A stretch of 61,863 bases of DNA, filler included, from Basidiobolus meristosporus CBS 931.73 (lineage: Eukaryota; Fungi; Basidiobolomycota): NCBI GenBank assembly GCA_002104905.1. It is 3 parts of 3 records of this genome, joined end to end, with 100 filler letters (N's around TTAATTAATTAA, not from the genome) between each part and the next. Parts side by side here need not be neighbours in the genome. Positions count along the whole stretch, not along the records: positions 1 to 24,762 come from MCFE01000941.1; 2 more parts are not named here. One strand, 5' to 3'. How positions within the stretch are numbered: position 1 is the stretch's first letter; each line of letters begins with the position of its first letter. The position numbers and the translations under genes are program-made. The notes beneath the pieces are model-generated. The model did no database searches. It was not told the DNA's origin and saw only the letters and a list, made by a program, of their open reading frames with translations. Positions 10,976 through 21,894 of the stretch are shown here, piece by piece.

Positions 10976-13880
10976 ATGGACAAGACTACTTTAACTCAAT
11001 GCCATAAGAGAAGAGAAAAAAGACCATGTGGCTTTTGTGGCAAGCCTCTTAGCCATGAAGCACACAGAGAGCATAGGAAGTATTACAAGGATCATGGCCA
11101 GTGTTTTGCCACCCAAGTCATATTTGATCTTTCATTGGTCACTACTGTACCAACATTTTCTTGCCAGCCAGTTGATACTTCTATATTGGCACCTGGCTGT
11201 CTTTGTCACCTTGCGCAAACTGAGTCAGGTAAGTTTGTGACGCCTTTAGGCTCACCTCAGCCTTCTCAATATGGCATGCAGAGTGATAGCTCTAATAAAG
11301 AAGGTTCACTGATGGATTTTGAGCCTATCTCCCCTAACAACAGTACCATGTATGAGCCCGGTCAAATCTCTATATGCAATGACACAACACCCGTTGAAAC
11401 AAATGCCAAGGATACTTTATGGAGCCAAGTGATCCCAGTAATCCATCTACTGGTGAATGATGTAATGTTGTGGCTAGAGAAGTGGCGCGTTTCCACTAAT
11501 ATCAGTAATGGGGGCTTTGAGGATTTATTACTACTTCTTGCAAAAATCATACCGGGATGCAACTTACCATGTACATGGTACAAGTGGACAACCATCATGT
11601 GGCTGGCAACATATGATCCAGAGACTGTCCTGATTCCAGCATGTGTTAACAGTTGCATGGCATTCACATCCAAAAATGCTACCATTGCAACGTGTCCAAA
11701 TTGTCATGAATCCACCATCATTAAGGGAAAACATCATTCACACTCCGGATATATTCCGGTCATACCCCATCTGAGGAAGCTGATGCAGTCCAACAAATAT
11801 TGCAAAGCTATACAGTACCGCACTCAGTATCAATCAAGCGCAATCATATCCAATATACTTGATGGCAAACATTACAAGCAGCTAAGAAGCAAGGGCTACT
11901 TTGAAGGTATGTATGGCCATGCCTTTGCTTTAGCACTTGATGGATTCTCATTAAACAAGTACTCTACCAGCAAATCCTGCAGTCCACTGATTCTCATCAA
12001 TCTGAATCTGCCACCCATCTTACAGTATCAGAGCAATAAACTGATGGTAGTTGCACTGGTATCTGGGTCTAAATCACCGTCCAACCTGGATAGCTACCTG
12101 TATCCATTGCTGAATGAATTTTGTATGCTTTCCAGCGGGATAATGGTAAATGGCCGTCATGTAAAAGCGCATATTATTATCTGCATTGGAGATACCCCAG
12201 CCATCAGCAAGATAGCAGGTTTCTCTGGGCACAATGGACGGTATTGCTGTTGAATGTGTGAGATCCAGGGGATTTACTCCATAACTCACACACATTATTA
12301 TTACCTAAACACCAGCACTAAGAACATCATCTTTCCACCAAGAGAACATACAGAAGTAAGCATGCAATTGCAGCAAAGTTGGCAAGCTATAAGCCATTGG
12401 CTGGAATATGGAATCAATTGGAAACCAGAGATACTTAAGGTCAAGGGTATCTGTTGGAGCAAAAGCTTTTCACTGGGAGCAGTACATTTGCGTTCAACAA
12501 TATCCCTATACTGATGACCAAGTTGTACATGGGGCATTTCAAGCTAAATGAGCCCTTTGAGATACCGGAGAAATTTGAAAGAATTGGCAAGATATTGCAG
12601 AGTATCTGCTACCCTAAGTACTTCTCACAGGCTCCAATCAATATTCATACGCATATGCAACAATACAAGTGCAAAGACTGGATGAACTGGATATGTATTT
12701 ATTCAAGTGGTGTTCTGAAGCCATTCCTACTAAGAGTACATTGGAAGCATTGGGAGCAATATGTGGACAATGTAGGAATATTTATCCAGAAGCAGATCAC
12801 CAATGCCAACTTGACGCATCTACAGCTGTTGTGTGAGGGGTTTGTGACAGGATTTGAGCGGCTATACTGCAAACATAAAGCTGAGCATGTAGATCTCTGC
12901 CACTACTGTATCCATTCTCTACTCCATCTTGCATGGTGTGTGGAGAATATTGGGCCTTGCTTCAACTTTTGGGAGTTTCCTATGGAGCAGATGTGTGGGG
13001 AGATAGGAAGATAAGTCAAGTTGCAGGTACTACCATATCCCAATCTCATCAAGAATATTACCTTCAAGTTCATCATGGATGTGATGAGTTGGCATATGGA
13101 GGACAGCCAGAAAGAGTTGGAAAATACTAAGGACAAATGTGCACATGGAGACACCTATGCCTATGGCATTAAGAAGCTAAGCAGCCCCAATGCGTGGGTA
13201 ATCAGTTAAGTAATGCAAAGTTGGGTTGGGTGCAACAAGCAACTAATTTTTATCAGGAAAACTCCACCAAGATATACTGGATTTCTTGTGGTCACAAGTC
13301 AACTTCTACAGCATTCAATACAGAATTCACACAAACAAAAGCCAGAGCGCACCTATAATGGGGACTAGAATCCAGCAGGGAGAAGGAATATATTGGCTAA
13401 ATACCAAGAAGTTCTTTGAGGATATTCAGGAGGTATTCATGGCAGAAGTGGCAACAACCAAGCATTTGTCTGCAAGATGTATATGCTACCAGCAGCACAA
13501 GGTATTTGGCAACTTTGCAAGTATAACACTGAAAAGCCATAAAGTTGAGGTGATAGAAGTATGTCAATTTTGGCAGGTGTGCGTGTTTGTAGAGGTTAGT
13601 AAGCAGGAGGCCATAGTTTTTTTTGATTCAAACTATATGTGGAATACCCAGGGTAGTAGTGGGTAAGCAAATAAAGAAAGGTGATTCTACAGTGGAATAT
13701 ATGAATTGCACAAGGGGAGGTAGAAAAAGGAAATACTATTTGGTAAATTGGTATGGTAGCATTATACAGAACCAGCAGCAGGCTGTCATACTGCCAAGAA
13801 AAAGCCATCAGAGTCTTGCTGTGAGGCCATCAAAATACCATCTAGTTTCTTGCCATATAAGGCAATTGGAAGTCCTGGCC
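10976..13880 (+). pseudogene. CACTA/EnSpm transposase (Transposase_21 tnp2 plus DUF4218-like region), copy B
   Basis: Motifs CVNSCMAF..CPNC, ALALDGF, NLNLPP, YLYPLLNE, CIGDTPAISKIAGFSGHNG, HLAWCVENIGP..FWEFPMEQMCG. TGA at 12251-12253 lies in CC*MC (likely CGA>TGA), with later frameshifts. Confidence 0.85.
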
Positions 13881-14148
13881 AACTGGATCCACTTGAAATA
13901 GTAATAGAGTGCTGAAAGACTGCAACAATGTCATGCAAATATTGTCACAGCACCAATCAAAAATTGTCAAGCTTTATCCCTTTATTTGGCTGTAAAATTT
14001 GCAAAACACCGTCATGATCTTGTTATAAGATTGTCAGGAGGGTCACTAATTCCAAGCTGCTGCTATTATGACGGTCTCTAAATGGGATCTTGATGGATGA
14101 TCTGGATTGGATCCACCTGCCGGACCAAATTAGTTTTCATAGGGTAAT

Positions 14149-14478
14149 GCCTTTGGAGGCTTGTAAAGAGGCCCTCAAAGTACTGCCAAGTTTTTGCCAT
14201 ATAAGGCAATTGAATGTACTGGCTGGTTAGATCCGCTCAAGTAGTTGTAAAGCTCACTAAAACCACAACAATGCCATGCCACCCTTAGCAAAACACCATG
14301 CAAACACTGATACATTTTATCAACTTTATTTTGCTGTAAAATCAGCAAAATGCTGTTGTGTCACAAGATTGTGTAAATGTTCATTGATTCCAAGCTGCTG
14401 GTATTGTAGCAGTCTCCTGATGGGATCTTGATGGCTGATCTGGATCAGATTCACATTTGGGACCTAATAATTCTTCAT
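14149..14478 (+). mobile_element. Displaced subterminal 3' end of CACTA copy A
   Basis: Homologous to 13800-14144. Joins 6557 colinearly with copy B spacing when one TAAT is removed. The end is degenerate (TTCATA without GGG). Confidence 0.65.
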
Positions 14479-14499
14479 ATATTCAGCCGCAGGTTCAAT

Positions 14500-14900
14500 A
14501 TTGGGAGTATTTAGAATTCCTTCCCAGTGGGAATCAGCAGACCTTGTAGAGGGCAGTGGCACTTTATTCTGGCAATTATAAGGCACACGGAGTGAAGTTC
14601 CAAGCACTCTCTGACACTGAGAGTAGCATTTTCTGGTTTGGTGGGCCATTTGCAGGAGGTAGGTATAGTAGAACACAGTAGGTATAATACCATCCTGAGC
14701 TCAGAGGGGGGAGATATGTATGGCAGACTTGGCTTACATAGGAGAGAATTTTCAGATATTAGAATGTATTGCATTTTATAGAAAGCCAAAAATGGCATGC
14801 TTAGCATGAAGCAGAAGCTGCTAAATGAGATAGTTCATCATCTCAGAGTAATAGTAGAGCATACAGCTGGATATCTAAAGAGAATGTGCCCACCAGGAGG
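14500..14900 (+). pseudogene. PIF/Harbinger-ISL2EU-like DDE_Tnp_4 transposase remnant
   Basis: Frames read LYSGNYKAHGVKFQALSDTESSIFWFGGPFAG, DLAYIGEN and QKLLNEIVHHLRVIVEHTAGYLKR, matching the DDE_Tnp_4 YSG.K..H..K.Q, D..Y and R..VE...G.LK pattern. Stops present. Confidence 0.65.
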
Positions 14901-15029
14901 TAGATACAGAGGAAAGTTAACTACAATATAAAATAGCACAATAGCTAAAATAGTCAAGATACTTGTTGATGCAGAGTATATTCATGCACCAAGACATCTA
15001 CTGTGCAAAATGTGTCTGGTGTGTTATCC

Positions 15030-15260
15030 ACAGTGAATAAGCAAGAAAAGTATTATTCTGAGCAACAAAAAAGCATTTGAGCAAAACTACCAGTAATAGT
15101 CTCCTACAACTGGCATTAGAGTAGAAACTATAGTGCTGGAGAGTGCTGTAGGGTGCCAGATCATTCCAGCAGTATAAATTAGCTGTCACCATGTGGCACT
15201 ATCCAATGAGACAAGTCCAACATTATACAAAGTGTGTCTTTGATAGGGGATTCAAAACTT
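15030..15260 (+). pseudogene. Second DDE_Tnp_4-like remnant
   Basis: KQEKYYSEQQKSI*AKLPVIVS and a downstream DRGF resemble ISL2EU-type motifs; heavily decayed. Confidence 0.4.
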
Positions 15261-17212
15261 AGCAATAAGCTAGGCAGAATCTCAAGTTTGTGAGTTGCTC
15301 GGGTGATAACAAAATGAATACTACATATTGTGTATATTTATTGTGGGTTATTGTTGAGAGGTGGAAGTTCTGCTCTGAAACTGAATAAATAATTTAAAGA
15401 TCAACTTGACTTTACAAGCATTTCCTTAGCCATGGATGGCATATTTAAAGATGGTCACAGCCATTTAGCCTTGGTATATCCTGCCAAAGTTATATGTTAG
15501 ACTTTACCCCAGTATTAATATCAAATGCACCAAAGCTAGAAGTGTGTGATTACACCTTTATATTCCACTTACCTAATCACCTTAATCACAATCTATTCAT
15601 CATCAATTGCCTTGTGCAAGTTTTATTGGGAAATACTTGTAATATTTTACTTTATCAGGTAATCAGAGCATGAGTTTTGCAAGATTTTTAATAGGCCCCC
15701 AGATGTTACATACATGTAACTAGGACTACTTTGACTCAGCTTGGACTTCCTTAGACTACAAAGTGCACTGTGACTCATCAAATCTGGAAGTAAGAGCCAC
15801 TGAATACACATGCTCTTCTAATTACTTTCAGTCCTCACAAGATTTTTGCAGCTCCTTCTTGCTGTGTGTTCCAGCAATGGGCTATGCCCAGGCATAAAAT
15901 GTATGGTGAGCATTGGGGTTATGCAAAGCAACTAAAACTGATATACATAAGTACAGGATGCATATTTGCATCAACGGAAGAATATACCAGCAGCACTGGA
16001 ATCTGAGAAAGTCAAGAAGTGTATTAATAAGCTCCATTGGCATGGAGTAGATCACAAACTGCGCAATAATACAAGGAATATGCATCAAGTCCGATGTATT
16101 TGTGGGACATCCAACAATCAAAACAAAAGCGGGATTCTTGGGTGGATATCTGCTTGATCGGCATCAGCATCTTTCAGTAAGTACAGTTACTTAATGCCCA
16201 ACGAATAACCTTTTTCAGAGCACACAGATCGTTTTGGGCAGACAAAGTTTCTGCTGGCTTCTTTTGAGTGCGCGTGAGGCTCTTCTGATGACTGAATAGA
16301 AAGGATAGGCAGCACCGCTCACCCTTTGTAACTTGTCATCTCTTTATACCACTTCTGTGTTCCTATTTGATTTGGTGTGCCGCACTTCCAAAAGCATTTG
16401 TGCCATCATCTCAAAAGGAAATTAAGGCTTATTGGATCAGTTAATCAAGCTAGGCTATAACAGATCTTTGAAACAGTTAGTCAATATTCCCGGGAAAAAC
16501 TCAGAAGCGGAGGGGCAGCCGATATCAGCGGGAGAATGAAAGCTATTGGCTATTGAAATTGATGTCGGGAATTGGGAGGCTAATGGCAAAAAAATGCGGG
16601 ATATACGCTGGCCAATTCCGTTAGTTTTTTGAGCTTGAAGCCGCGCTTCTCTTCCAGTGGTATTCTCAAAGTACCATGTCTACCATGGCAAGACAAAAGC
16701 GAAAGTGAAACATCAATGATTTTACAGTCTGGCTTTAGGATTATTTAACCGATTTATTCAGGTATGAAATGCCATTCTTTAGTACATCTTGCCTTCAAGA
16801 GACCACCGAAGATGATCACACTAGAACGGGGTACTTTGACCACCCTGCGGATGTTAGGTGCCAGACAACACAGAATTGATCTCCTTCCAAATTCATCAGG
16901 GTTATAAAATAGGTTAATCGGGATAAATCGGGCACACGATCTTCATGACTTGGCTGTTCTTGTGCAAGCTAGGAATGGTTTGATGGCAAACCAATTTTGA
17001 TACAACAACGTCTTAATCACTGTAGATTTGCCCAAGTAGGTGCTACCATCATACCTCTAAGGTCTAATGGTTCAGTCTGTCCGATATAAATCGTATAAAG
17101 CTCACACGTAAGCTCACTCGTTAGTACACACCACTTGAGAAATTTTTCTTCGAATATAGCTCTGCAACTATTCATTATTCCAAGGAAGGTGTTATATTCC
17201 GCTAAGGCCCAT

Positions 17213-19891
17213 ATGAATGCCGGAGATATGAGTATGAGTACTGAAGATAATCACAAAAGACAACGGGTCATTAGAGCATGCGATGGTTGTCGTAGGAAGA
17301 AGATACGATGCGATGGTGAACATCCTGAATGTTCAAATTGTCTGTATTGTGGCATAAAGTGTACTTATAACGACATAAAGAAGAAACGAGGACCTCCGAA
17401 AGGTTATATAGAAGCGATTGAGAGTAGACTGCACAAAATGGAGCACATTCTTAGTGAGCTCATCCAGAACGATCCACAAATTGCTGATGTTGTTATGCAT
17501 GAAGTACGGAAACTCGAAGAAAACAGAGATTCCGCTATCAAAACTCCACCCAAAGCCAAGCCACTAGAATTCAGATACGCAAAATTTCCAGGCTCACACG
17601 CTCCGGATACTCCATCTGCCAGTGGCACTTGTGTAACCAACACTCCTGCCGTCACAATTGATAAATCCGATGATAGTACGCCCCCTCAGAACTTGCCCAC
17701 ATCAGACAGCCTACTGACTACCCAGCCCGAAATGCATGCCACAACGAGTCAACGCATTACCCTTACTACTGACCCGGAAGTGGAAAAAATTTGGAACAAT
17801 AGAGATCAGCTGTTGCTAGATGATGAGGGACGAGTAAGACACTGCGGGAAAAGCTCTGGCCTATATTTACTCCAAGACTCACAAAAGTACCAAAATGATA
17901 TTTTCAAAATAAGACCGCGAGTCACAGCAACTATCAACCGCGTCGATATCAATCCAGATCCTACTGCGCTACCGTCTCCAAATCTTTTTGCTTACCTTGT
18001 GGATGTGTACTTTTTGAAAATCAACCCTGTTTTCCCGCTGCTTCACAAAGAGGAGTTCATGGAGCGCCTAAATCAAAATGAACAAGAAATGCCGTATTTT
18101 CTCGTGAATGCGATGTTTTCACTTTCTGCCGCCCTAATATCATCCGAGAGCATATTGAACAAGGAGAATCTGGATGCGGAAGGTTTCTTTAAGAAGGCAC
18201 GGACTTTGTTGGATCAAGCATACAATGCCAGTTCAATAGAGAACGCGCAAGGTTTGGCACTGATGTCCATCTATTACCACCTTTCTCAAGGTGGGATGAA
18301 ATCGTGGATGTACAGTGGCATGGCCATTAGAATGGCTGAAGACCTCGGCCTGCATCGCGACCCCGATATATGGAACATCAAGCTAACAACAGCAGAGAAG
18401 GAAACAAGAAAGCGGACCTGGTGGGTGTGCTACCTGATAGATCGGTTCTCTAGTGTATGCGTAGGGAGGCCTGTGTCTATTGATGACCAGCAGTTTGATA
18501 CACCGCTGCCATCCTTAACGAACGACGACCTATTGGCAACAGTCGATGTCTCTCCGCGCACCGGGCTATCCTTAAGGCCATTCCATGAGGTGATAAAGCT
18601 TCACGAACTGATTGGCCGTATTTTGAGCACCATGTATATAGTTAGAACCCCAAAAACCAGAAACTACCAGAAATTCCGCACGAGTTTAATAGATCTAGAT
18701 TCTCAGCTTAATGTGTGGTTAAACTCATTGCCAGCTGATCTTGCCTACGTTCCTGCAAACTATGGCACAGGGAATCCACCTAAAAGCCCCACACTTATCT
18801 ACGCCCATACCTGGTATCACTGTGCATTGATTTTACTACACCGCCCCTTCGTACTGAGACCTGAATCCTCATCTACCTCCCAGTCCTCCTCGTCCCAGAT
18901 CTGCACGGATGCAGCAAACAATCTGACCAGTATTGTGACCTCATGTGTGAGCTGCCCTGGAGCATCAGAGATAGCTTTATTTCTGCTGTTCCCAATCTTC
19001 ACTGCGAGCACGATACTTCTTTTACAAGCAAAGTCGTCCGATCAACGGATTGCCAATTTGTCACGAGCTAGCTTATTCAAGAACCTAGAAACGCTCAAGC
19101 AAATCCGAGAGCGATGTGGGTATGCTGGAAGATATTACACCATTCTGTCTGACCTAATAGTGGAAAGTAATGTCACTCCCAAGCAAGAAACTGGTGTTGA
19201 GTCATCGACCATTGATTCGCAATCAGCCAGGCCCGATGACATCTATAGGGATCAGTCGCGTGCTAGAATCCAGCAAAATCAATACTTGCTAGGTCTCATC
19301 CTAAAAAATGATGACTTAGTAAGAACACCCCTTTATCCTACAAGCCTTACCATGGGGTTTTCAGGTATACCTCCCTACGTAGAAGGTGCTTTTAAGGTTA
19401 TTGAAGAACGTACCTCGCCCAACTTGGATATCATAGCTACTTTGGACCCGTATGCCATACCCGGAGCCTTTGAACAAGCCAAAAATAGTGGCATTCTAGG
19501 CACCAGTACGCTCAATCCTGCATTGTTCGTCCCCAACACAACTGGAATCAGGGGGAAATTCGACGATACCACCTCCAGAGCTCATGGGATGGGCTCCAAT
19601 TTCAATGAGTGGAACGATTACATTATTCAATGTGTTGCAACGGCCATAACTAACCCATTTGACCGTGGACCCACGACAAGCAGCACAGCAGAGGCAACCA
19701 CCAATTTCTCATCAGTACTTGATGGATGCACTTTCACATCCACCTATCCATACACTTATAGGCCTACTATTGAATCTGGCCTTCAATCTTCCTCTTCCTT
19801 AAGGAACACTAGACCCATGAGCACACTTCAAACAACTGAATATGTTTCTGGTGCCGAGTTGGCAATCGCCTACGATCTTATCAGCCATTAG
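17213..19891 (+). CDS. Zn(II)2Cys6 fungal transcription factor with Fungal_trans/MHR domain (892 aa, intronless)
   Basis: ACDGCRRKKIRCDGEHPECSNCLYCGIKC zinc cluster followed by RGPPKGY. Middle region LVDVYF.KINPVFPLLHK...AIRMAEDLGLHRDP...RKRTWWVCYLIDR. First ATG at 17213 (the track start is TTG). Confidence 0.95.
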   Translation: MNAGDMSMSTEDNHKRQRVIRACDGCRRKKIRCDGEHPECSNCLYCGIKCTYNDIKKKRGPPKGYIEAIESRLHKMEHILSELIQNDPQIADVVMHEVRKLEENRDSAIKTPPKAKPLEFRYAKFPGSHAPDTPSASGTCVTNTPAVTIDKSDDSTPPQNLPTSDSLLTTQPEMHATTSQRITLTTDPEVEKIWNNRDQLLLDDEGRVRHCGKSSGLYLLQDSQKYQNDIFKIRPRVTATINRVDINPDPTALPSPNLFAYLVDVYFLKINPVFPLLHKEEFMERLNQNEQEMPYFLVNAMFSLSAALISSESILNKENLDAEGFFKKARTLLDQAYNASSIENAQGLALMSIYYHLSQGGMKSWMYSGMAIRMAEDLGLHRDPDIWNIKLTTAEKETRKRTWWVCYLIDRFSSVCVGRPVSIDDQQFDTPLPSLTNDDLLATVDVSPRTGLSLRPFHEVIKLHELIGRILSTMYIVRTPKTRNYQKFRTSLIDLDSQLNVWLNSLPADLAYVPANYGTGNPPKSPTLIYAHTWYHCALILLHRPFVLRPESSSTSQSSSSQICTDAANNLTSIVTSCVSCPGASEIALFLLFPIFTASTILLLQAKSSDQRIANLSRASLFKNLETLKQIRERCGYAGRYYTILSDLIVESNVTPKQETGVESSTIDSQSARPDDIYRDQSRARIQQNQYLLGLILKNDDLVRTPLYPTSLTMGFSGIPPYVEGAFKVIEERTSPNLDIIATLDPYAIPGAFEQAKNSGILGTSTLNPALFVPNTTGIRGKFDDTTSRAHGMGSNFNEWNDYIIQCVATAITNPFDRGPTTSSTAEATTNFSSVLDGCTFTSTYPYTYRPTIESGLQSSSSLRNTRPMSTLQTTEYVSGAELAIAYDLISH

Positions 19892-20142
19892 AGTAGTGAT
19901 TGCAAATATCCTTGGAAGCCTGTGCGCTCAATGTGTCTCTGTACGCTTTGTATATATATACGTCACATACCAATCTTGTTGGAGTCTTCGCAGTGTAAAA
20001 TCTAATTGATCTTATTTTATGTTAAATATGCCCATACGCAGAACCCATGACCGGCCCTCTACAACAACGTAATGTAAAATATACCAGCCCCCAAAGACAT
20101 TCCCAGTATGGGCAATAAGAGATTCTCAAATAGCTGGCAAAA

Positions 20143-20430
20143 TTGGTATGCTGGGCCCCGAACCTAATTAGGGATTCTCAAATGACAAGTATGAAGTGTA
20201 TGGTGAAGCCATCAATAATAGGAAAGAGTACTGGCTGTGGACCCACAACAACCCCAGTGGAGACAAACATGAATCTTGTAGCTTCTCTAAATAGATATAT
20301 TGGCTCACTCCCTCCCCCCAGCCAAACATTGATAGATCACCCACCATCTCCCTCGGAAAATACTAGTACCACCAACCAACTATGTTTCCGGTGCCGAGTG
20401 TGCTATGGTTGGTGACCTTATCTGCCTTGC
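20143..20430 (+). pseudogene. Degenerate tandem duplicate of the TF 3' end
   Basis: GCGPTTT vs DRGPTTS; a frame at ~20380 reads YVSGAECAMVGDLI vs the TF terminus YVSGAELAIAYDLI. Confidence 0.6.
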
Positions 20431-20769
20431 TGTTGGGAAACGCCTCTATAGTAGATTTCTATAGAAATAAACATCAGGATCTATCTATCTGGTATTCCCA
20501 TATTCATATAGAACATGTAAATATTACCAACTTGGGTTGAAAAAGATGATTTGATATGTTTGCCAAATTGGTTGGACTGGAATACTGTGACCCGTAAACC
20601 AAGATTCGATTGCAAGTTGCCGTTTTTATCTGCGATTTCTAGGCCAGTATTACGTTGCGGATAGCTGATGTTACGCGTAACTGTTGTTGCTGCGATATTA
20701 GCCTGTGTCAAAATCTCGGATATTAGTGTGGAGCTTTCTTTGGGGCTGTAAAAGCTGAGAAGTAAGAGG

Positions 20770-21530
20770 ATATGAAGTTACATACGTACCTGTCTAAAAT
20801 CCATTTTAATAGTAATATTTATGAGCACCATTGGCGATCAACCGTTTGGCCATAAGAACCTGAGAAGGTGCGTCCTAGTACTCATACAAATTTTTAACGG
20901 ATTTATTCATAATTGAAAGTTCAAGGGGGTGATTTTTTCATGGAAGATCTGTAAGATGATATCAACGCTGGAAACAACTTGTTCTTTAGGAATGTTGTTG
21001 ACCGTGTCAGTAATGGTACTGCTGTAAATATTTTTGGCAAATTGGCAATATCCTTGGCGAACGTTCGTAACATCTTTGTATTTAAGATTTGGATTTTTGT
21101 ACATAATAGATCGTTTTTTGGTCATGAGAATAATTTTGTCATAATATTCTTCAAAGTTGGGAGCCATGGGTTGAGGGTGCATACTTGTAACATCTTTGCA
21201 GATTGTGTGACACGATTGTATATAATCGGGTCATGCATGAATCTGTATCACCGTAGATAACTTTAACCGGGTAATTACTGGATATATGAGTGACCATCAG
21301 GTCCAGATATCTCTCCCCATTCGGGTAATGGATTTGGCGCGATCGAAATCAAAATATTTGGATTTTTTAAATGCCATAATGCCGTAGCAATTGTTGGAGC
21401 AGATTTTAAGTGTGTTTTGTGTACGATCTGAAATAAGCTATGTGTATATATCTTTTTCGTCGCGTTATCTTGTTTTAAATTTGTTCTCTTTGTGTATGTC
21501 CATCAAATTTGCAAAAAGACCAGAAGTGTA
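20770..21530 (-). pseudogene. Decayed RNA-primed family B DNA polymerase (palm/thumb fragment)
   Basis: Ordered motifs on the minus strand across stops and frameshifts: SGLFANLM; region III DRTQNTLKICSNNCYG (21381-21419); AKSITRMGR; region I KVIYGDTDSCM (YGDTDS 21238-21255); PNFEEYYDKIILMTKKR; KDVTNVRQGYCQFAKNIY; YKSVK..Y...SQVLMAKRL. Confidence 0.85.
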
Positions 21531-21599
21531 CCAATGGCGAGTGTAAATGTTTATGCCCATAGGTATACATGTTAAAGCCGCAGGAGTACATATTTTGCT

Positions 21600-21890
21600 T
21601 ATCTTAGCATTTAAAATAAATTAAGATGTTTGTCAAATATTGCATGGGTTTTTCAAAATGTATACAATGCTTTAGTATGGGAAAGCCTAGAGATTATATG
21701 CTGCCATTGGATTAAATATGCACTATGAAGGTGGTTCTTGTACTTCTAAAAGGCCTTGGAAAATCTATGCTTGCAATGTGCTCTGAATGATCCCAGGAAC
21801 ATGTTCACAAACCCCATGATAAGAAATCAACTCAAAGCCACAGAGTACTGTTATATTTTTAGCTGAACTCCAGCTTTCTCTAAGCCCACA
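21600..21890 (-). pseudogene. Possible Tc1/mariner (DDE_3) fragment
   Basis: ISYHGVCE resembles WGCISY.GVG; WQH...SHTK weakly resembles FQ.DNA..H. Very degenerate. Confidence 0.25.
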
Positions 21891-21894
21891 ACTC

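Larger units (their letters stand above)
6558..14144 (+). mobile_element. Full-length CMC/EnSpm (CACTA-type) transposon, copy B, with divergently arranged transposase and ORF-B
   Basis: TIRs CCCTATGAAAA (6558) and TTTTCATAGGG (14134-14144), with TAAT on both flanks. Transposase on +, accessory ORF on -. Inserted into the 3' end of copy A. Confidence 0.8.

Noticed and set aside
15882-16157. Overlapping short ORFs upstream of the TF
   Set aside because: No recognisable motif or consistent splice model.
17135-17212. N-terminal extension of the TF from the ORF-track start
   Set aside because: The track start is TTG; a eukaryotic gene most likely starts at ATG 17213. The same applies to extended starts given for the ricin, TMEM230-like and ORF2 genes.
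20770-21530. Polinton/Maverick or linear-plasmid protein-primed polB
   Set aside because: The motif set and downstream K....R...C thumb pattern fit RNA-primed polB; no TIRs, integrase or capsid genes nearby.
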